Below, piece by piece: positions 10,376-21,026 of a stretch of DNA of 34,915 nt (positions are counted from its first letter, which is position 1; every line of letters starts with the position of its first letter). Both the position numbers and the translations under genes were made by a program. The notes under the pieces were generated by a model. That model saw only the letters and a program-made list of their open reading frames with translations, searched no databases and was not told where the DNA came from. This DNA comes from Octopus sinensis (taxonomy: Eukaryota), in NCBI RefSeq assembly GCF_006345805.1, contig NW_021829891.1:1-34915 (forward strand), given 5' to 3'.

Positions 10376-10422
10376 CCTGGTAAACTTTTCGCAATATCAG
10401 TGTGTGGGTTTTCTGGTATTCC
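10376..10422 (+). other. Candidate 47-nt internal exon
   Basis: TTTTTTTTTTTATTTACAG acceptor and CC|GTAAGT donor; two frames open (PGKLFAISVCGFSGI or LVNFSQYQCVGFLVF); product not recognised. Confidence 0.4.
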
Positions 10423-10692
10423 GTAAGTTCATTCGTCATCCTCGAGGGCCAAATTTTCCATTGATAACGACTAAAGAGCTAGAGACATTGTGTTTGGGAA
10501 TCTGACAGGGAGCAGCACTGGGCAGATAATGGTGTTTTTACACCTTTCACCATAAAGAAAGAATTTTTTCTCCATGGTAACTGCAGTGAATTAGTCTTTA
10601 GAAGTGTGGAAATATGTCACAAACATATTCTAACATAAAGTTCACCTACACACGCACACACATACGAACACATACACGAACGCACACACACA

Positions 10693-10747
<55 letters not shown>

Positions 10748-10990
10748 ACACTCATACACACACACAAATTTTTCCCGCTGCCACTACCACAAACATATTA
10801 TCGTTTCCATCATCAACATCCTCATTACCACGACCACGACCACCACCTCCACTCCCCATATCAATTATTAATTCCATCCTTATGCTAAAAGCAGTTGTGT
10901 CATACGTCGTGTCATGTCTTCTCAAGATTTCTTTGTTCGTTTTATATTTAAATCGTTTTTCTAGTGACACTAAAGAGTTTCTCACGAAAA

Positions 10991-11028
10991 CACACTGACG
11001 AAGGAAAAATTCAGAAACACATCTGTTC
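10991..11028 (+). ncRNA. Decayed minimal type-I hammerhead-like motif
   Basis: ACA-CTGACGA-A-GGAA AAA TTCA-GAAAC-ACATC-TGT. The G10.1 partner is mutated; ACATC is explicable as GCGTC after two CpG transitions; 3-bp stem I remains. Confidence 0.45.
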
Positions 11029-11881
11029 ATGGTGAAAACCTTTTGTTAATCTCAGCAACATCATTAAATTGATATGCCTTGCTCAATGTTCCGCACAGTC
11101 GAATCAAACGTGGAACTACAGGATAATGATATGAACTTAACTACTAAGCTAAGAATCGTGCTCATTTCTTGACGTTTGGAATCTAACACGATCGATCGTG
11201 AATTTTTACGTAACAAACTCTTTAAGTTACACAAAACTTTTTAGTAACTAGCTGCTATTTCCTTGATTAATTTTAGTAGAATTATTGGTTTCTAATATTA
11301 CCAAAGGACCGTAAATTTGAGAAGGAAGTGCGTTGTATTTATTTTATCGATCTCAGTTGACTGAAAAGTTAATTTGAGCCAGAACATAAACATCTTAATT
11401 AATTAATTAATTAATTAATATAACGCATCTAATAATGCGCTTGACAACTCGATTAATTTCGACAGAAATATTAATTTCGAACATTGGCACATCATCAGTC
11501 TATTACGGATACTATTCTTTTTACTCCAGACGAAAAAAATGCCAGTTCAACCATGTAGAATCAGAGCTAAGACCTTAACCGTAATGGAATGTAACTAGAC
11601 ACCGTAAAGCATATTTTTATCCGCTACCATCTCTTACTCACCTCTCGTAATTTAGAGAAAAGTAGTATTTTCTAAGATCTTATATTTGGAGAGAGAAATT
11701 TAATTTATTTATAAACCCAAGTTTTTCGAGGGTTGGTATTTTAGCAAAAAAGAATTTTAACGTTAGCTTCAACGGGATTTGAACTTAATATCTTATTATT
11801 AGCTAAACATCAAGCGTACACTTATTTCGCTGAACAAAGATCGTAACTGATTAGGCTATTAATGTCGGATTAACACATACA

Positions 11882-12600
11882 AGGCGGCGAGCTGGCAGAA
11901 ACATTAGCATGCCGGGCAAAATGCCCAGCGGTATTTCGTCTGTCGCTACGTTCTGAGGTCAAATTCCGCCGAGGTCAACTTTGCCTTTCATCCTTTCGGG
12001 GTCGATTAAATAAGTACCAGTTACGCACTGGAGTCGATATAATCGACTTAATCCGTTTGTCTGTCCTTGTTTGTCCTCTCTGTGTTTAGCCCATTGTGGG
12101 TAGTAAAGAAATAGGTATTTCGTTTGTATTTACGTTCTGAGTTCAAGTTCCGCCGAGGTCAACTTTGCCTTTCATCCTTTCGGGGGTTCGATAGATTAAG
12201 TACCAGTTGCGTACTGATGTCGATCTAATCGACTGGCCCTATTCTATAGTAGTTGTAAAATGTATGTCTTCTTCGTAGCGTTTCGTCTGTCTTTACGTCG
12301 AGTTCAAATTCCACCGAGGTCGACTTTATTTTCAATGATAAAATAAGTACCAGTTGAACACTAGGGTCGATGTAATCGACTATATTCCTCCCATGAACTT
12401 GCTGGCCTTGTGCCAAAATTTGAAACCAATATTTATGCATCTTGCCATTAATTTTGAGTCCAAATTCTGTCGAGGTCGTTTTGCCATTCATCTATTCGAT
12501 ATCGATAATATAAGCAGTACTGGGGTCGATGTAATCAGCAATTTTCTTCCCTCTAAAACTAGAAAAATATACATGCCTTTCCAAAATATACGTGCCTTTC
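11882..12600 (+). mobile_element. Cluster of four head-to-tail copies or fragments of tRNA-derived SINE family 2
   Basis: Head AGGCGGCGAGCTGGCAGAA; a module of the form (G/T)CAAATTCC..CGAGGTC(A/G)ACTTTGCCTTTCATCC...AAGTACCAG...GTCGAT recurs at about 11950, 12130, 12295 and 12460. Confidence 0.9.
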
Positions 12601-12658
12601 CAAATTTTGTGTGATATCAACTACATGAACACATTTTCTTATCAAATAAGTGTTAGTA

Positions 12659-13061
12659 CAGTAGAACCTCGCAGTACGAGTCCGGCATTGTACGAATGAT
12701 TTGCTGTACGAGCCGAGAGTCGTGCGAACTTTTGTCTTGCAGTACGAGCGGAAATCCGCAGTACGAGCACACAAATCGTCCCGCCTTTAAGGTTATTCAG
12801 TTAATAAAAACAGTTTACATATTTCTTTTGCATTCTCTTTTTTACAATTGTCATTTCACTTGTAACTATACCTTTTCTGTTTTAAAACCCATAAAAATTA
12901 TTTTTGTGTTTTCTTTCTTCGGGAGTGGGTGGGTGGGTGGGTGAAACGAATTAATTGTATTTTAGTCAATTTCAATAGGGAAAAATGATTTGTAAAACGA
13001 GTAAATCATAAGACGAGTTCGATCACGGAACGAATTGAGCTCGTACTGCGAGGTATCACTG
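12659..13061. mobile_element. Tc1/mariner superfamily (Tigger/pogo-like) MITE, 403 bp
   Basis: 22-bp TIRs CAGTAGAACCTCGCAGTACGAG / CAGTGATACCTCGCAGTACGAG (3 mismatches); TA on both flanks (12657-58, 13062-63); no ORF. Confidence 0.9.
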
Positions 13062-13254
13062 TATATTATTTTCATTTGTATATGTTTGCTTGTGAAATAA
13101 GTGTTCATATTTAACGCTCTTCCTGCGTATCAGATATCAAATTTGGTTGAAGTCGTTCAAAAACGTACAAAACACTTCAGAGAGATACCATATCAGTTAA
13201 AAAATTAACCATCGCCAAACGCCATTTAAATTCTGTAATAGCTTACTTATTTAC

Positions 13255-13400
13255 CTTTTAACCTTTTCTTGTTTCAGTCATTAGACTGCGGTTTTGTGGG
13301 GTACTGCCATGAAGGATTTAGACAAATAAGTCGATCCCTTTTTTGCTAAGTCTGGTACTTATTCTTTCTGGTGCTTATTCTGTACAAGTTTTCCCGCTAC
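13255..13400 (-). mobile_element. SINE family 4, 3' fragment
   Basis: CTTGTTTCAGTCATTAGACTGCGG...GGTACTTATTC matches 16200-16290. Confidence 0.75.
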
Positions 13401-13695
13401 ATGCCACCGATGTCACGAAAATTGCACGTGGCCTGGGATATTGTGAATTCAGCAGAAATGTTCCAGAATGGAACAACGAAGCGGTAATGGATGGCACACG
13501 GACAGGGTGCCAACCAAAAGCATTTTACGTAATTTAGTTGCCTCATTTTACATTCTTGGTTCAAATTCTGCAATGATAGACCTGGTTTTTAATCCTTCCG
13601 GTTTCCATGAAATAAAGTGGCACGATCACGTCAGCAATGTACCGACACATATGTTCTTCACGGACTACTCTTTTAATTCTCTCTGCACCTTTCCT

Positions 13696-13730
13696 GTTTC
13701 TGACGAAGAGCTATTCTCGAAACGTTACAC
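13696..13730 (+). ncRNA. Minimal type-I hammerhead ribozyme motif
   Basis: GTTT-CTGACGA-A-GAG ctatt CTC-GAAAC-GT-T-ACAC: intact core, 3-bp stem II, palindromic stem III, stem I with one mismatch; predicted cleavage after 13726. Confidence 0.75.
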
Positions 13731-14439
13731 TCCCTCTTTTTTTTTCCATCTTAAACTGAGCGTCAGCATTCATTGCGTGGGCCTTTTGAATTTTGTTTTG
13801 TCTTAATTTATATTTTTATTTTTCATTTGCCTATACATGCTTACATGTACACATACGCACGCACGCACACACATACACACACATGCACACACACACCCAC
13901 ACACACACGGGAGTGGAGTATTATAGGTTTTGAGATTTCTGTTTACTAAATTCCACTTATACGTTATTGGTCAAATCAGGACAACAGCAGAAATATTTAC
14001 GAAACATACCGAGTAGTGTAATCGAACCGGGAACCATGCAGCTTGGAGAAATTATTAACATCATCGATACACTTGCAAGCGTGTATGTATGTATGCACGT
14101 GCATGTATGTACACACGCACACAAAGACACACACATACAATCACAAATATATACATATATACAATCACTTATCTTTGTATATGTCACACACGTGTTTCCG
14201 TGTACATGTGTGTGCGCCTCTGTGTGTGACTCTGTGTGTGTGTGTGTGTGAGAAACAAGGAGATGGCAGTAATGGTAAGCTGTCAAGGGCTACATTTGTA
14301 TTAAAAACTATGATGGATTAACCTTTTATACACGCATGAATTATATCATTTTTATATAGTTTCATCACCTGGGAATACAAGATTATATATATATATATAT
14401 ATGCACATACATACATGCAAACGTACATACATACATATA

Positions 14440-14472
<33 letters not shown>

Positions 14473-14799
14473 ATATATATATATAAATATATTATATATA
14501 TATATATATTATATATATATATATATATATATCATATATATATATATTATATATATACACACACATATATATATATAAAACTCATTTGTCTATTGTATGT
14601 AATTACATTTATATTAATGCAAGTTTGAGTGAGTGGGGTGTCCGTGGTTTGAGTATCTCTGCGCGCGTGTGCATGTGCGCACGTATGTGCTGTCTGTGTA
14701 CATTTAGGAACGAAGTTTGAAAAAGAATGCAAAAATAAAATGCATATTTCGATAGTTCGAGAAGCTTGATCAAATGTAAAGTTCATTCAGTGCCTAGAT

Positions 14800-14846
<47 letters not shown>

Positions 14847-14849
14847 GAG

Positions 14850-14889
<40 letters not shown>

Positions 14890-15767
14890 ATATATGCAGA
14901 TATATATGCATATATATATATATGCATATATATATGCATTATATATATGCATATATGAACATATGCATATATACATATACATATATACACATACATATAT
15001 ACATATATGCACACACAAATATATATATATATATATACGTATATACATAAACATATATACGTATACATGTATATACATATATATATATTAACGCATATAT
15101 ATGCAGCTAATAATACATATAATATACAAACACGCACACACACATACGTACTTACATATATATGTGTATATGTATATATATATGTGCGTGTGTACACACA
15201 CATACACACACACAGAGGATCGGACAAGGAGAAAAAAAGAGTGAACGGTGTCACATGAGTGTATAAGCAATTAAGTGATAAAAAAAATAGTACTCAATAC
15301 GGTGAAGTATGATAGCGTTATCTTCAGTTGAATCTATCTCATGTTTCATTATTGACATATCCAGAAGCAATGATACAATAGCAAAAATATTAACATCAAT
15401 TGACATAACCATGCTATAAGCGTAAGAGATACTTTGACAAGCTAAAAACTGCATCCGCTTCGAAAATTGTCCTTCTGGTTAAAAGCACGTCCACAGAGAG
15501 GCACGGAAACGTAACTGCCCCCCGCCCCGGTTGCGCTTCAATAACAACGTTGCCCACTGCGTTTCTAACCCCGCTATCTCACACGCGCACACACACACAC
15601 ACCTCTACGCGCACACACACACACACGTATGTCCTTGCAGCAACGTATGCGCGCACGCACACACACACGCACACACACACACATACAACCACTGAGATAT
15701 TGTATACGCATAACGTAACCCGTACGCAAAGTCTATCCATCAGAAATTTCCAGCTACCAAGCAAATG

Positions 15768-15779
15768 ATAATAGCGATA

Positions 15780-15830
<51 letters not shown>

Positions 15831-15985
15831 ATGATGATGATGATGATGATGATGATAATAATAATAATAATAATAATAATAACCAGTAGAATATTAGTTG
15901 TAGTGATAGTAGTAGTGGTGATGGTGGTGATAGTAGTTGTAGTAATGATGATGCTGATGATGATGACGACGGCGATGATGACGAT
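15768..15985. repeat. (ATG)n/(ATA)n/(GTA)n compound triplet microsatellite
   Basis: Direct reading. Confidence 0.95.
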
Positions 15986-16194
15986 TTCCTTATTGGTCAC
16001 AGTGACAGCGAATGAGGAACTCCTCGGGACGAACAGACAGACAAAACATCGGGAAAGGATTGCAGTGTGTCGGGGAGAGGACGCGAGATAATAAGGGAAG
16101 ATAGTTGATAATGATAAATCCGGTTTCCTTGTCTCTGCCCTTTGTCATTGCAAATCACCATTTAATAATTCTATATTCAAGAGATGGGGAATTT

Positions 16195-16444
16195 TTTTTA
16201 CTTGTTTCAGTCATTTGACTGCGGCATTGCTGGAGCACCGCCTTTAATCGAGCAACTCGATTCCGGGACTTATTCTTTGTAAGCCAAGTACTTGCCGAAC
16301 CGCTAAGTGACGGGGACATAAACACACCAGCATCGGTTGTCAAGCAATGCTAGGGGGACAAACACAGACACGCAAACACAGACACACAAACACACAGACA
16401 CACACACACACACACAGACACACACACACACACACATACACACA

Positions 16445-16526
<82 letters not shown>

Positions 16527-16672
16527 CACATATATACGACGGGCTTCTTTCAGTCTACCAAATCCACTCATAAGGCTTTGGTCGGTCGAGGCTATAGTAG
16601 AAGACACTTGCCCAAGGTGCCACGCAGTAGGACTGAACCGGAACCATGTGGTTGGTAAACAAGCTACTTTAC
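16195..16672 (-). mobile_element. tRNA-derived SINE family 4 with internal (CA)n/(TA)n tract
   Basis: Minus strand has head ..AGCTTGTTTACCAACCACATGGTTCCGGTTCAGTCC.., body GCACCTTGGGCAAGTGTCTTCTACTATAG, a microsatellite and a conserved 3' half; homologous to 24426, 25111 and 33889 copies. Confidence 0.9.
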
Positions 16673-16688
16673 ATATATTATGTACATT

Positions 16689-16787
16689 ATTTACATTATT
16701 TACACTTGACGGATATTTGTCCTCATCTTGTTTGTTGTTAACACAACGTTTCGGCTGATATACCAGGCAGTGACCTGAATAATAATG

Positions 16788-16834
<47 letters not shown>

Positions 16835-16869
16835 TAGAGTAGTAGTAGTAGTAGTTGTAGTAGTAGTAT

Positions 16870-16919
<50 letters not shown>

Positions 16920-17113
16920 ATAATAATAATAATAACAACAACAATAATAATAATAATATTAATAATAATGATAATAACATCGAAAAATACCTTGAGAACC
17001 CAGGTTCGAAATTTCCCCAAGACACCTGATGAAGGCTGGAGGGTATATCAGCCGAAACGTTGTGTTAACAACAAGATGAGGACAAATATCCGTCAAATGT
17101 AAATAATGTAAAT
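16689..17113 (+). mobile_element. Non-autonomous hammerhead-bearing element with an inverted duplicate of its 3' end (Penelope-like architecture)
   Basis: 16689-16764 is the reverse complement of 17042-17113 (one substitution, one 4-nt indel); between them lie AGGCAGTGACCTG, a (TAA)n/(TAG)n tract and the hammerhead. Confidence 0.8.
17021..17066 (+). ncRNA. Minimal type-I hammerhead ribozyme, structurally complete
   Basis: Stem I GACAC/GTGTT (4 WC + 1 GU); core CTGATGA (17026-32) plus extra A; stem II GGCTG/CAGCC with 10-nt loop; GAAAC; palindromic stem III ACGT; GUU triplet with predicted cleavage after 17061. Confidence 0.88.
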
Positions 17114-19200
17114 CACCATTTGTTGTTGACGATTGTTCCTGCCAACACCCGCTTAACTAATTTGCTAATCTCAGTTGTGTAAGCTTGACGCACAGGGAAT
17201 GATGCAATGAACTTCTAGTTATCGGCTCCTTGTTTATAAAAGCTATCTAGCTCGACATTGCAAATCACAAACTTGTGGTCTGTGTAGTCGACTACTTTAA
17301 ATTGTGTGTAACTTATGCTGTCGCTATTTACTGCTCTACAGAATACCTTATCTAGATACGATTTAGATGAGCCGATGTGCTTTGTCAATGTCCACATTAG
17401 TGCATCTGGGAAATCCAGTCGGTGCCTGTGAAGTAGTTAAAAACGTTTGAACAAGTTTGTGAGACTTTTGCTCTCCTTCTCCTTTCAGCTACCTCCAAAC
17501 TGTCTTTTCGTGCATCCAAGACGCCGTTTCAATCACTCACTATCGCTAAAGAGCGAGGCGTTTGTAGGAAGGCCTCTAGAACGTCTGGAGAAATTTGGCA
17601 GTCCCGCATCTGTTAAGGCATAGACAGCTATTCGACTGAAGGTATGGCCTACGCTGCGGGTATCACATCAAGCACCACCGATTCACCTTCTGGTCCTTTC
17701 CGTAACAATACAGCTACTCTATCACCCATTTTCGGTAGACTTGGATATGTGTACAACGCGTAGCCACCGAAGGTGAACACGAATGATCATGCTTCGGAAA
17801 CTCTGACTTCGCTGATAACCACTACATCAATATGTAGTGACCAGTGAACATTGTTTCCTACTCTGAGTATGACCATATTCAACAAGAAGAATGAAACTGA
17901 GAAGAAACACCTTGTGGTAAGTTGAAGGACAGAACAGCTATTTGTGGATGTTTCCAGAGGCATTTCTTTAGAGCCTTTTATTTATAGTCCCTCAGATTCA
18001 GTGTCTCCGGCTCTAAGCTGTTAGTTTCTTGTCTAGTGAAACGCTTTTCATTTTCCATTTTACTCTTATCCTTCACAAATATCAATTCTGGTGATTCTTT
18101 CGAATTGATTTTTTGCGAGGCAAGATTTTGCTATGTATTTATAGCCTCGTTGACTTGTGTGAGTGAGGTCTCTTTGGGCTGTGGTGATGATGGTGAATCT
18201 CTTTTCTAGGTTATGGTGTTGGTGTTTACTGCTATTGTTGTTGAGTGTATTTCGCTTGCTCTCTCTGGTGCTGCTGTTGCTCTTTTTGTGCAACTACTCT
18301 TGGAACTGCTGCTGCTGATTCTAGTGTTACAGTTGCTGCTGTTGCTGCTGTTGTTGTTGAGCGAACGGTCTTCGTCCCAGAGCTCGCAAGATGGGAGAAG
18401 TCCGAAATGTGGTCCTTTGCTATTCGTAAGACCCGCAGAAGAGAAAGCAGTTCAACCCCCGACACCGAGAGCATCGACGGATGGATGAATGCGCATCCAG
18501 GCTCAGCGGTTGCGTAGGAAGTCGGGGACAAGAAACAAGAAGAAAGAGTACAACAGGGGTCGCCACCATCCCCTGCCGGATCATCGTGGAGCTTTAGGTG
18601 TTTTCGCTCAATAAACACACAGAACGCCCGGTCTGGGAATCGGGACCGCGATCCTCCGACCGCGAGTCCGCTGCCCTAACCATTGGGCCATTGCGCCTCC
18701 ACTACAGCTGCTGCTGTTTTTGTTGCTGATGTTGCTGTTGTGGTGAAGGTATCGGCAGCAGGCAGGAGCTTCCAGCATTAGTTTTGCAGTGGACAGAAAG
18801 CTCTTAGAGGTTTTGCATCCCCACACATATATCATGTTGGCCTTCTACCCTCAACTTCGCTGCAAGCCTAAAAGAATGTTGGTCTAGCCAGGGATGATAT
18901 CAATTTCCCTTGGTCTGTTTGGATTAATAGTTCCATCTCTGAACAATTCTCTTTCCCTAGTCTGTAGACTTGCAGAATACCCGTTTTATTTTCTATGTGG
19001 TATATTACGGCCGCCACAAGCAATGGGATATCTATTTCTTGTGGTACCTGATCTACCTTTATTTTTAGTCCTCCTTGATCGAAGAATGTTGAAATCAGGA
19101 GCAGTTAGTCCCTCTTTAAAAGTTGTCGAATTTTCTATTGCTACATCTTAGTTTTTTCTAATAAAAAACTGCCTTTTGTTTTTTTCATATATATATATTT
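17114..19200 (-). mobile_element. Decayed L1/Tx1-clade LINE: ORF1 with CCHC knuckle, and ORF2 APE endonuclease
   Basis: APE motifs across frameshifts (17114-17880): DVVVISE, PEGESVVLDV, RIAVYA, SD*NGVLD (GDWN-like), WT..HIGSSKSYLDKV, YTDHKFV, QGADN*K (GPGYWK-like). ORF1-like frame KIKVDQVPQEIDIPLLVAAV..ILQVYR and GRRPT*YMCGDAKPLRAFCP at about 18790-19075. Confidence 0.82.
18362..18702 (-). mobile_element. SINE family 1 within the L1/Tx1 remnant
   Basis: Near-identical head and body to 1-221; exact 3' end uncertain. Confidence 0.88.
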
Positions 19201-20107
19201 ATTATGTTTGCACGCCTAGATGTTTACCGTTTTTATTGTCGTTAGGTGTGTATTGTTGTTGTTTTTGGTGGTGGTGGTAGTGATGGAGGTCATATTTTTT
19301 CAATGTTCTCTTGGTGTTGTTTGCTATTGTTGTTGTTCTTAGTATTATTTGAAGTGATATGAAGTGTGGTGGTTGTGTGGCTGTCACGTTTCTTTTCATC
19401 TGTGTTCGGATTGTTGTTGTCATTAACTATTGTTATTAATAAATTCTCTGTTAGCTGTGGCAGGTGGTGGCGGGAAACTATTTTCAAAATAGCTCTTCCA
19501 AAATCATCTCCTCTCTCGATTTGAGATGTTATGTAGTTTTTTTCTATAAAAAGTATGTACATCCGCTTGTAAAAAAAACTGCGACTTTATTATCTAGTGT
19601 ACATAGGATAATGGGATACTCATTGCAAAGTGGGATACTCTACCAATTCTGAAATACCATTTGATTGTAAAATAAGTCCCTACTCCGTTCAAGAAAGTTA
19701 TAAAATGACATTGAAACTATCTTATCAAATAAGGCTCACCATTCTCACCACTCTCCCTTACCGTCAAAGAAATTAATGGCGAACAGCACTTCCATCCAGT
19801 GCCGTTTCAAGGCATGATAGTTGTCTGGGGAGCCTCATATGACTAGAGGCCCAATTCTGAAGTAACGTATGCAGTGTGTTGCTGTCATTACATTAATGCT
19901 ATCGGGCTACGCATTGATTTGCCCGGCAGCCTATACTGCTTCTTCCTATTTATTTCTTCTTTTTTTTTAAGTGGTCTCTGTGAAAGGCCTTGGCTCTAGA
20001 ATAAAGTAGCTGTCTTCAATCGTTGCACTCTCGTCCACCGCACCACCCTGTTACTGTAGACATCACTACCGCATAGGTGAAAACCAAACTACCTTCCTTA
20101 TCAAACG

Positions 20108-20490
20108 ACTAGCAGTATCGCCCGGAGTTGCTCAGGTTTGTAAGGGAAATAACTATAAAGCATTTTTAGAGAGTTATAGCCAAAAAATAGCAAAAAAATG
20201 GAAAAAAATTATGGTAAATTTTTTTTTGAGATTTAAAAAAGGTGGAGTTGCGTCCCCTAGACAGTTTGTGGTTCGTGTTTCTGATTCTCGACCCCATGTC
20301 GAATTTATCAATTTTTTTCAGAACTGGGGGAACTTTTCAAAATTTTCGCTGCGTTAGTTTTGAATTATGACATTGGGCTATGTGTGTGTCAAGTTTCATC
20401 AGAATCGGTTGAAAGCCGTGGTCAGGGTGAGGGTACAAGCAAACAGACACACAGAAACACGCACAGACAAACTGCCGTTTATATAGAGAG
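20108..20490 (+). mobile_element. Non-autonomous Helitron/Helentron-like element
   Basis: 5' ACTAGCAGTATCGCCCGGAGTTGCTCAGG with a short subterminal self-complementary segment, internal ACAGAC-type repeats near the 3' end and a TTTATATAGAG terminus, as in HINE/DINE-type elements. Confidence 0.6.
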
Positions 20491-20641
20491 AGATGGTGGA
20501 GGAGATAACTCCGTTGCGATGATGTTGTTATGTTCATTGAAAACTTTACGCGTGGGAACTAAGATTGAAAGTGGATGGTTAGTCCTTTATCTCTGTTTGT
20601 TTCCACTCCTAATCTATGATATATGGAATGCTAGTTTACAT

Positions 20642-20948
20642 GTGGAGGCACATGGCCTAGTGGTTAGAGCAGCAGGCTCGCGGTCGAGGAATCGCGGGTT
20701 CAAATCTCAGACCGGGCCATGTGTGGGTTTATGAGCGAAACACCTAAGTTCCACGCGGCTCCGGCAGAAGGTAATGGCGAACTTCTGCTGACTCCTTCGC
20801 CACAAATTTCTCTCACTCTTTCCTCCTGCATCTTGCAGCTCACCTGCGACGGACCGACGTTCCGTCCAGGCGGGGAACCTATGCACCAAAGAAACCGGGA
20901 AACCGGCCCTTATGAGCCAGGCGTGGCTCGAGAAGGAACAAACAAAAC
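20642..20948 (+). mobile_element. Apparently full-length SINE family 1
   Basis: GTGGAGGCACATGGCCTAGTGG (A box), GGGTTCAAATC (B box), ends GAAGGAACAAACAAAAC. Confidence 0.9.
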
Positions 20949-21026
20949 TAGTTTACATTATAATGGAAAGCAAGGTTTACGATATCGGAAGAATATCGTC
21001 TTCTTCAATCATCTTTTTGTTCTTCG

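Noticed and set aside
11470-11505. Minus-strand CTGATGA...GAAAT
   Set aside because: Stem II cannot pair and no stem I is present.
14390-15220. ORF-track products such as poly-(IY), (HT) and (CV), here and throughout
   Set aside because: Translations of TA/CA microsatellites.
15500-15570. GC-box-like CCCCGCCCC and ETS-like CGGAAA as a promoter
   Set aside because: Short motifs with no CpG island or linked gene evident.
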